Part shown: in pieces, positions 57,544-64,000 of the stretch
Layout: every line of letters begins with the position of its first letter
Position numbering within the stretch: position 1 is the stretch's first letter
DNA from: Bacteroidota bacterium
GTDB lineage: Bacteria > Bacteroidota > Bacteroidia > Bacteroidales > Prolixibacteraceae
DNA length: 64,000 bases
Direction of reading: 5' to 3'
Assembly (NCBI GenBank): GCA_023412195.1
Contig: JAEYNZ010000029.1
Location: 74,228 to 138,227 of the forward strand
Translations under genes and position numbers: made by a program
The notes under the pieces: model-generated
The model's input: only the letters and a program-made list of their open reading frames with translations
The model's database searches: none
Told to the model about the DNA's origin: nothing

Positions 57544-58119
57544 TTAAAGGTGTAATTCCAAAATTTCATTATGTCTGAAACATGTTACCAGGTGGTCGTT
57601 TACCATGCCTGTTGCCTGCATATGGGCATAGATAATGGTAGATCCAACAAACTTAAATCCCCTACTTATGAGGTCAGCCGATATCTTGTCTGAAACCGGG
57701 GTGCGTGCCGGAAGCTCCGATAATTCCTTATAAAAGTTTACAATGGATTTTCCCCCTGTAAAGCTCCAGATATATTCCGCGAAACTGCCAAACTCATTCC
57801 GGACTTCAAGAAACTTTTGGGCATTAACCACACTGGCTGCAATTTTCTGCCTGTTCCTGATGATGGTTGCATCCTGTATTAGTGCTTCTATTTTATCATC
57901 CTGGTAACTGGCAATTTTTTCTGCATCAAAACCATCATAAGCCTTTCTGAATGCTTCCCGCTTATTAAGTACAATCTGCCAGCTTAGTCCTGCCTGAAAC
58001 CCTTCCAAAATCAGAAATTCAAACAGTTTCCTGTCGTCGAATACCGGAACACCCCACTCCCTGTCGTGGTATTCCTTCATGAGTTCATTTTTTACAGCCC
58101 ATCCACAACGTTCCTGCAT
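57544..58119 (-). CDS. tag: DNA-3-methyladenine glycosylase I
   Basis: MQERCGWA...YHDREWGVP...EGFQAGLSW signature of Tag. Start placed at the Met that aligns with the canonical MERCGW N-terminus. Confidence 0.88.
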   Translation of the reverse strand: MQERCGWAVKNELMKEYHDREWGVPVFDDRKLFEFLILEGFQAGLSWQIVLNKREAFRKAYDGFDAEKIASYQDDKIEALIQDATIIRNRQKIAASVVNAQKFLEVRNEFGSFAEYIWSFTGGKSIVNFYKELSELPARTPVSDKISADLISRGFKFVGSTIIYAHMQATGMVNDHLVTCFRHNEILELHL

Positions 58120-58215
58120 TGTAAAAGCATTTAATTTTTGCAAAAGTTAAATAAAACTAATGAACTGACCTGCTGTTTTCAATTAATATTATTTTTGCTG
58201 GTTCAGGAGAAAAAA

Positions 58216-60144
58216 ATGAAGAAACACATACTCGTTCTGGTCATCGTATTGCTATCGGTTACATTTGCCGAGGCACAGTTAAACATCAACCATTACATCA
58301 GGGTTGGCCGCACGCGTATTTCTATTGAGAATTATACCGGTGCCATTGAATATTTCAATATTGTAATCAAGTTCAAGCCTTATCTTCCTGAAGCTTACCT
58401 GTACAGGGGAGTAGCAAAACATCAGCTTGAAGATTACCGCGGCTCCATCATCGATTTCAACAAGGCTATTGAATTAAAGCCATATTATCCGCTTGCCTAC
58501 ATGTACCGGGGTATGGCCTACCATAGCCTGCAACAGTTTGAAAAAGCGATAGATGATTATAATCGGGGCCTGGAGTTTGATCCTGAAAATGAGGGGTTGT
58601 ATAATAACCGGGGAATTGCAAAACTTGCACTCAAAGATGTTGAAGGAGCCATTGATGATTATAACAAAGCACTTGAAATAAACCCAAAATCGGTTAATGC
58701 CCTCATGAACCGCAGCAATGCCCATATCGTTCAGGGTAATATGGAGGATGCCATTCGCGATCTGAACCAGATTATCATCATCAGGCCACATTTTGAAGGT
58801 GCTTATCTTAACAGGGGACTTGCCCGTCTCGACATGGATGATTTTGCCTCGGCACTTCGCGATTTTGATCAGGCTATCCGGTTCGATCCCGGGAATGCCC
58901 TGGCTTATAACAACCGTGGTATTGTAAAGCACAAACTAGGCGATTATGAAGGTGCTATCATGGATTATGATGCCTCTTTAAGGTTGAATCCTGAGATGGC
59001 AAGTGCCTATTTTAACCGTGCAATGGCCAGGGAAATTCTTGGCCGCCCCGGATTTGAAAATGACTACAGGATTGCCGCACAGCTTAATCCGCAATACGAC
59101 CTTGAAAGCCGCAGGCTTAATGCCGAACAGATGGCACAGAACCAGCAGCAGTCGCAGCAGGGTTCTGCCTCTTCAGGCGGACAGAATACGCAGAACAATA
59201 TGCAGCAAAACAACAATCAGCAGAATAATTCTAATACTGGTGCGGCAACAGGGGATACTGATGCCGAAGAACGGGAAAGCCGAAGGAAGCGCCAGGCTCA
59301 GGTTAACCTGGTGGTGGAAGATTCACGAAACCTGCCTGCTGATGAACCTGAGGAAATTGAAGATGGCAGAATTCAGAACCGCAACATCTCCATCGACCTT
59401 CAGCCTGTATTTATTATTTCTGCATATGAAAAGAATGCAGTGGATTATGAGCGGTCACAATATTATAATCTTGCCATCGATGAACTGAACCGGCAAAATA
59501 ATTACAATCCACTTTTCTCCATCACAAATAAGCCGGTGGAAGAATACCGCAGCGTATTTGAGAATTTCATCCTCTACTTCAATGCCCGCATTAATATATC
59601 CAGAACAAGCCATAACCTGTTGAACAGAGGGATATTTTACAGTCTGACAGGTAATTATAATGCAGCATTCGATGATATCAATCAATCGATTGCTTTGGAT
59701 AAGGATCAGGGTATTTCCTATTTTGTAAGGGGAAATGCAAGGTATAAGATGCTTGAGCAGATTGAATTGCTTGCTAACCAGCAAAATGAATTCACTGTCC
59801 CGGTAGGGCAGCAGGTAAATCCTGCAGGTGATTTGCAGCTTGATCTGCCTGAATACAGGAAAATACTCGACGACTACGAGATGCTGCTTTACCTGAAACC
59901 ACAATTCTTCTTCGGGTATTACAACCGTGCATACATAAAACTTCGCCTGAAGGAATACAAGAGCGCCATCGATGATCTGAATAAAGCCATTGAACTGGAA
60001 CCTGAGTTTGCCGAAGCTTATTTTAACCGCGGGCTTACTAAGATCTTCCTCGATGATATTGAAGGTGGCGCCCTCGATTTAAGCCGGGCAGGCGAACTGG
60101 GCATTCATGGGGCATACAATATTATTAAAAGGTATGCCAATTAA
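58216..60144 (+). CDS. tetratricopeptide repeat protein with a central Q/N-rich low-complexity linker
   Basis: Signal peptide from the ATG at 58216. Many 34-aa TPR units (AxxDYNKALELxP-type) occur in both halves. They are separated by the QNQQQSQQGSASSGGQNTQNNMQQNNNQQNNSN stretch. Confidence 0.85.
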   Translation: MKKHILVLVIVLLSVTFAEAQLNINHYIRVGRTRISIENYTGAIEYFNIVIKFKPYLPEAYLYRGVAKHQLEDYRGSIIDFNKAIELKPYYPLAYMYRGMAYHSLQQFEKAIDDYNRGLEFDPENEGLYNNRGIAKLALKDVEGAIDDYNKALEINPKSVNALMNRSNAHIVQGNMEDAIRDLNQIIIIRPHFEGAYLNRGLARLDMDDFASALRDFDQAIRFDPGNALAYNNRGIVKHKLGDYEGAIMDYDASLRLNPEMASAYFNRAMAREILGRPGFENDYRIAAQLNPQYDLESRRLNAEQMAQNQQQSQQGSASSGGQNTQNNMQQNNNQQNNSNTGAATGDTDAEERESRRKRQAQVNLVVEDSRNLPADEPEEIEDGRIQNRNISIDLQPVFIISAYEKNAVDYERSQYYNLAIDELNRQNNYNPLFSITNKPVEEYRSVFENFILYFNARINISRTSHNLLNRGIFYSLTGNYNAAFDDINQSIALDKDQGISYFVRGNARYKMLEQIELLANQQNEFTVPVGQQVNPAGDLQLDLPEYRKILDDYEMLLYLKPQFFFGYYNRAYIKLRLKEYKSAIDDLNKAIELEPEFAEAYFNRGLTKIFLDDIEGGALDLSRAGELGIHGAYNIIKRYAN

Positions 60145-60468
60145 GCGTAGCCGGATTTCCAAATGCGTTTAATGGATGCAACTTTTTCCTGATCCCTTAT
60201 CATTAAAAGAAGCTGACCGGAAAATTTACTCATGATTATGTCCCTGGGCGGTCAATAATACATATTATCTCATCTTATTACCACGCGGTTAATAATAATG
60301 TTATGAAATTAACCGTAAGTGTGCACCGGAATTGTTATACCCGGTAAAAATAGATGGAACAGTTACATATATATGAAAATATGTTTACTATCTTCGTCCC
60401 GGAAGAGATCTGGGAGAGTTATTTGAATATCTTTTAATATTCTTTGATTCTGCTTTAACTAGTAAGTT

Positions 60469-60684
60469 ATGCAGATACATAATTATTTTGATTATCTGGG
60501 TAATCTTTATAGATGTCCGTTTGGCAATCGCAAACCCGATTGTCCGGTTTTCCTTGCATGTCGCGAATCATTTAAGGAAAGGCTGGATTGGTTTAAAGCC
60601 CTCTCTGCAAAAAAAAAGGATGAAGTTGTTGTTCATCATCAACATTGTAAAATCAAAAGAGAGAAAAGAAAGGTATTAACCTGA
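60469..60684 (+). CDS. small Cys/His protein, paralog 1 (unknown family)
   Basis: 71 aa with no signal peptide or TM segment. About 36 percent identical without gaps to the next ORF, sharing the pattern G-x-LY-x-CP-x6-PDCPV ... SF-x-E-x3-WFK-x-L ... HHQ-x-C. Confidence 0.55.
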   Translation: MQIHNYFDYLGNLYRCPFGNRKPDCPVFLACRESFKERLDWFKALSAKKKDEVVVHHQHCKIKREKRKVLT

Positions 60685-60801
60685 AACGTTAAAGGGAAAA
60701 TCTGATGAACAACGGCCGAAATTTATTGTTTTAATTTCTGCTGTGTGAAAATTTACCGGCAGCACATTTTCTTGTTTTTTCTAAATCAAGAATCAAAATG
60801 T

Positions 60802-61011
60802 ATGAGTATACAGGATTACCTCTATTTTTATGGGTCTCTTTATGAATGTCCATATTTAAGAAGATTACCCGATTGTCCTGTAAATCCAGTGGAAAATAAG
60901 TCTTTTTCAGAAAAATATGCGTGGTTTAAGAACCTTACTAAGAAAGAACAGCATGCAATGATGAAGCATCATCAATTATGCTCTGCCAATAGAGATCCTA
61001 AAAACACATAA
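60802..61011 (+). CDS. small Cys/His protein, paralog 2 (unknown family)
   Basis: 69 aa from the ATG at 60802 (MSIQDYLYFYGSLYECPYLRRLPDCPV...WFKNL...HHQLC). This start aligns residue for residue with paralog 1. Confidence 0.55.
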   Translation: MSIQDYLYFYGSLYECPYLRRLPDCPVNPVENKSFSEKYAWFKNLTKKEQHAMMKHHQLCSANRDPKNT

Positions 61012-61137
61012 ATATTTTTTCTAATCTCATTTTTCCTGTTGACTTCTAATTTCTTTAACTTGATTCTGCAGTTAAATCCAATTGGCCTTAAAAGATCGAA
61101 TTGTTGTATGTTAAATGGCAGCATGTTTATGGGGCCT

Positions 61138-61249
61138 GTCCAAATTCAAACTATATTCAGTTTTAACTCAATGTAAATTCAATTATAATTGAATATACAT
61201 TGAGTTAATATTGACTTTAAATTGAATTTAAGTTGAATTTAATCTGGAC
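61138..61249. repeat. about 112-bp imperfect palindromic (MITE/REP-like) element
   Basis: Terminal inverted arms GTCCAAATTCAA (61138-) and TTGAATTTAATCTGGAC (61233-61249). A central 38-bp palindrome, CTCAATGTAAATTCAATTA|TAATTGAATATACATTGAG (61167-61204), has one mismatch. There is also an internal TTGAATTTA direct repeat. Confidence 0.55.
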
Positions 61250-61316
61250 ATGGTATTGTTTTGGTATAAAAAGAGATGTGATATAACTTTCGACATGCAG
61301 TCAGGAAAACCCGGAC

Positions 61317-61348
61317 AAAAAAAAAGCACCTGCCGTTGTGGCAAGTGC
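61317..61348 (-). terminator. intrinsic terminator downstream of tRNA-Asp
   Basis: On the minus strand: GCACTTGCC-ACAAC-GGCAGGTGC followed by T9. Confidence 0.75.
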
Positions 61349-61355
61349 TTTTTAA

Positions 61356-61433
61356 GTGGCGGTGCGGACGGGACTCGAACCCGCGACCCTCGGCGTGACA
61401 GGCCGATATTCTAACCAAACTGAACTACCGCAC
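61356..61433 (-). tRNA. tRNA-Asp (anticodon GTC), CCA encoded
   Basis: The reverse complement reads GGTGCGGTAGTTCAGTTTGGTTAGAATATCGGCCTGTCACGCCGAGGGTCGCGGGTTCGAGTCCCGTCCGCACCGCCA. It folds as a cloverleaf with a 7-bp acceptor stem, anticodon loop CTGTCAC and a GTTCGAGTC T-loop. Confidence 0.93.
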
Positions 61434-61495
61434 CATTTTGTTTAATTCTTATAAGAACTCCCTGTTTCTGCACCATCCGGCTCGAAAAGGTGCTG

Positions 61496-61503
61496 CAAAT
61501 ATA
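61496..61503 (-). promoter_or_regulatory. candidate -7 promoter element (TATATTTG on the minus strand) for tRNA-Asp
   Basis: TAnnTTTG match about 63 nt upstream of the mature tRNA 5' end. Confidence 0.35.
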
Positions 61504-61579
61504 TACTTTCTTTTTTTTACAGCAATAAAATTTTGAAACATTTTTTATTTTTTCACAAAAGGCTGTAAATCAGTATATT

Positions 61580-62494
61580 TTAAAATAATGTTTTTTTTAC
61601 TCTGTAGATTTTATCCTCGCTGAGTGCTGTTTCTCCATCCCAGCGGTAGGCGAGAAGTGTTTTGCTGCCTGCAATACATGCATCTATGCAGCAAAGGTTG
61701 TGGGTGATGACATGTGGCCCGTCTTTCCGGCAGTAGTGACCGAAGAACAGGGGAGGGTTGTTTTCTCCATAGGGCAGGCTCTGCGGCAGGAGTTGGGGTG
61801 GGATGGTGTACTCCGGCAACTGGTACTTTGCCTCAAATGACAATTGACCAAATGTTTTGCCTTGTGGTTCTTCCCACCATTTAATCCGGAATGTTCTGGG
61901 TGATATGCCCTTGTTGCTTACTATTTTCATATCGCCCGGCATTTTGAACTGGATGCCTTTTGTTAACAACCAGATATTCCTGGCAACGGGTGATTCAGGT
62001 TCCTTCCGGAGCTTTCTGAAAACTTCCTTTTTTATTTTTCCCCGGGGCACGTTTTGCCTGATGAACTCAACAGCTTCGTCAGACCAGCAGGCATGTACGA
62101 TTCGCAATCCGTCGAGCTCGAGAAACAGGGGGAGGCTTCGAAGCCATTTAATGTGATCTTTCCATTCCTCCGGTTCATCGCTGAATTCATTCACTGTTTT
62201 TATAACAGAAATATCTTTCCTGAGCGTACCGGTTTTCCTGCCCCTCAGATGGTCAATAATGAGATATAGCTCGTGATTTCCCAGGATGGCAAAGGCATTT
62301 CCCGACTCAACCATACTTCTGATAACCCGGATTGTTTTTTTTATCTGGGGGCCTCGGTTTACGAAATCGCCGACAAAAACGGCCTTACGCCCCGGATGGG
62401 CGTATCCGGATTCAGTTTTTTTATAGCCCAGTGTCAGCAGTAATTTCTTTAAAAGCTGCGCATGGCCGTGAACATCTCCGATAATATCATACAT
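61580..62494 (-). CDS. metallophosphoesterase (PPP-family Ser/Thr phosphatase / ApaH-PrpE-like)
   Basis: Motifs GDVHG, GDFVNRGP and GNHE in the canonical order. 304 aa. Confidence 0.85.
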   Translation of the reverse strand: MYDIIGDVHGHAQLLKKLLLTLGYKKTESGYAHPGRKAVFVGDFVNRGPQIKKTIRVIRSMVESGNAFAILGNHELYLIIDHLRGRKTGTLRKDISVIKTVNEFSDEPEEWKDHIKWLRSLPLFLELDGLRIVHACWSDEAVEFIRQNVPRGKIKKEVFRKLRKEPESPVARNIWLLTKGIQFKMPGDMKIVSNKGISPRTFRIKWWEEPQGKTFGQLSFEAKYQLPEYTIPPQLLPQSLPYGENNPPLFFGHYCRKDGPHVITHNLCCIDACIAGSKTLLAYRWDGETALSEDKIYRVKKTLF

Positions 62495-62517
62495 ATAAAA
62501 AAGTATCGTGCCCTAAA

Positions 62518-62548
62518 ATAAAAAATAGCTGCCTGAAACGACAGCTAT
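62518..62548 (-). terminator. intrinsic terminator after the symporter gene
   Basis: Stem ATAGCTG/CAGCTAT with an A-run on the + strand, which is a T-run after the hairpin on the minus strand. Confidence 0.55.
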
Positions 62549-62589
62549 TTTCTATTTAATTGATAAATATTTTTAGATGCAACTTCTTA

Positions 62590-64000
62590 TTACCAGAAAT
62601 AGGCATAGAACACCAGGATAATTGTGATGATAATTGCAGAGTTAATTACATCCCAGTAGTTATATGAAGCACGCGTTTCCGCCTTTTGCTTTGCTGATGC
62701 AGTTCCCAGTACAAGTCCTGAAATAATCAGCGGGTCTTTGGGTTTAGTAAAATAGCTGATGATGACCATGCTGATGATTACCAGAACGAACAGGTAAATT
62801 TCGTAGTGCAGCCAGTTATGCGACAGGAATACCTTGTAGAGCAATGATGTTTCTTCGATAGATCCTGAAAAAACATTCAGTGCCAGACGGGTCATGCCAA
62901 GGGTAAACCCGATAAGCAATCCCCAGAGCCCTGCGGCCGGAGTCGTTCTTTTTGAAAGGATACCCAGGAGGAATACGGCAGCAATTCCGGGAGCCAGCAG
63001 CGACTGGACATCCTGCAGATATTCATATAAAACTTTACCAAGGCCTTTCATTACGGGAATCCAGGCGATCCCCAGCATTACAATTACTACGGTTGCTGCA
63101 CGGCCTATCATTACATAGTGCTTTTCTGATTCGTTTGGCCTGTATTTTTGATAGAAATCAATTGTAAACAGCATGGCCGATGAGTTGAACAATGCTGCCA
63201 GTGAACTCATCAATGCTGCCAGGATCCCTCCGATCACTATGCCCTTAAATCCCATTGGGAGCAACTCCTTTACCATGGAAGAAAATGCGGCATCATTCGA
63301 CTCGAGAGTCAGAAGTCCTTTTTGCTGAAGGGCATAGGCAATCATACCGGGGATCAGGAAGATGAAAACCGGTGTCAGTTTCAGATATGCACCAAAGATG
63401 GCACCGCGGCGCGACTGTTTCATGTCGCGACCTGAAAGTACCCTCTGGACAATAAACTGGTCGGTACACCAGTACCAGAAACCGATGATGGCTGAACCCA
63501 GGATGACTCCTGTCCAGGGAAAATCAGGATCGCGGTGGGAACGCATCAGATCGGTCATGGAATCACCATGCACCGTAACATTGGCCCTTGTAATTTCCAT
63601 CAGTTCACTCCAGCCTCCCACCTTGATGAGCCCAAGGACAAGGATGGCAATGGAACCTATAAGCAGGATGGGCGTTTGAAGTACCGAAGTATAAAGTACA
63701 GCCTTCATCCCTCCGAATGTAGTGTAAAGCCCGGTGATAACTACCAGTCCGATTGCACTTATCCAGAAGAAGTCTATGTTATACCCGAAAAAGGTTACGT
63801 AGTCGATATTAAAAACATCCTTGAAAACTACCCCTCCTGCATATACCGTAACAGCAACCTTTGTAAGGATATAACTTACAAGCGATATCACCGAAAGGAA
63901 GGACCGCGCATGCGGGTTATACCTTCGCTCGAGAAACTCAGGCATTGTAAACACCTTGCTGCGTGAATAAAAGGGTACAAAAAGCCATCCAAGCATCAGG
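62590..64000 (-). CDS. sodium:solute symporter family (SSF/SGLT-like) transporter, N-terminus outside the window
   Basis: Multi-TM protein containing TMPEFLERRY and other SSF-typical segments. The frame stays open to the window edge beyond the ATG at 63996. Confidence 0.85.
   Translation of the reverse strand, partial: LMLGWLFVPFYSRSKVFTMPEFLERRYNPHARSFLSVISLVSYILTKVAVTVYAGGVVFKDVFNIDYVTFFGYNIDFFWISAIGLVVITGLYTTFGGMKAVLYTSVLQTPILLIGSIAILVLGLIKVGGWSELMEITRANVTVHGDSMTDLMRSHRDPDFPWTGVILGSAIIGFWYWCTDQFIVQRVLSGRDMKQSRRGAIFGAYLKLTPVFIFLIPGMIAYALQQKGLLTLESNDAAFSSMVKELLPMGFKGIVIGGILAALMSSLAALFNSSAMLFTIDFYQKYRPNESEKHYVMIGRAATVVIVMLGIAWIPVMKGLGKVLYEYLQDVQSLLAPGIAAVFLLGILSKRTTPAAGLWGLLIGFTLGMTRLALNVFSGSIEETSLLYKVFLSHNWLHYEIYLFVLVIISMVIISYFTKPKDPLIISGLVLGTASAKQKAETRASYNYWDVINSAIIITIILVFYAYFW

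Noticed and set aside
18978-61249. The idea that the shared 17-mer (18978-18994 and 61233-61249, the latter next to tRNA-Asp) marks attL/attR of a 42-kb integrated island.
   Set aside because: The repeat does not include any part of the tRNA. No integrase or mobility gene is present. The intervening genes are core metabolism (ppdK, hydEFG, nrfHA, OFOR, pheA). A dispersed short repeat or a chance match is more likely.
1-64000. Search by eye for CRISPR arrays, IS/transposase, integrase, phage, toxin-antitoxin or restriction-modification/defence modules, and for a hydA gene.
   Set aside because: No regularly spaced direct repeats with spacers were seen. No ORF has transposase, integrase or nuclease-helicase hallmarks, and none has HydA H-cluster motifs. 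The window reads as core chromosome.

Overview
This window looks like core chromosome from an anaerobic Bacteroidota (Bacteroidales-like) genome. The phylum call rests on a 286-aa primary sigma factor, TAnnTTTG -7 promoter motifs just upstream of several starts, no obvious Shine-Dalgarno sites, and SusC-like plug, PepSY, GH95 and M64 genes. I support about 62 protein genes, one tRNA-Asp(GTC), roughly a dozen intrinsic terminators and a few candidate promoters. I saw no rRNA, CRISPR array, IS element, integrase or phage module.

The main functional blocks, in order:
- Translation and ribosome housekeeping: rpoD, rlmD, an ABC-F ATPase and rlmB.
- Two tandem Lrp/AsnC regulators and an M64 peptidase.
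- An ECF sigma module, then hldD and folE.
- A redox pair: a CDGSH protein and a flavin-reductase-rubredoxin fusion.
- A sigma-54 response regulator next to a HisKA_3 kinase and a NarL-type regulator.
- ppdK and mscS.
- A split [FeFe]-hydrogenase maturation locus (TM1266-like gene, hydG, an aspartase C-terminal fragment, two Cys-repeat secreted proteins, hydF, and hydE on the other side of a lipoprotein metallopeptidase). No hydA is present.
- nrfHA, flanked by two outer-membrane barrel genes.
- An aromatic amino-acid / arylacetate cluster (ACT, paaK, ACT, pheA, flavodoxin-like, aminotransferase, Crp/Fnr, four-subunit 2-oxoacid:ferredoxin oxidoreductase).
- GH95, envelope genes, tag, and a TPR protein.
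- Two paralogous small Cys/His proteins next to a palindromic element and tRNA-Asp, then a truncated Na+/solute symporter at the window edge.

No classic mobile or defence island is visible. The candidates most worth follow-up are:
- the twin small Cys/His proteins (60469-61011);
- the Cys-repeat secreted proteins and the stand-alone aspartase C-terminal domain inside the hyd maturation locus (29005-30333);
- a mini-ORF plus double-terminator RNA region upstream of the ABC-F gene (4850-5050);
- an iteron-like 23-bp repeat array in an apparently hidden transcription unit (20762-21152).

All calls come from reading the sequence and the ORF translations by eye. No database search was run.
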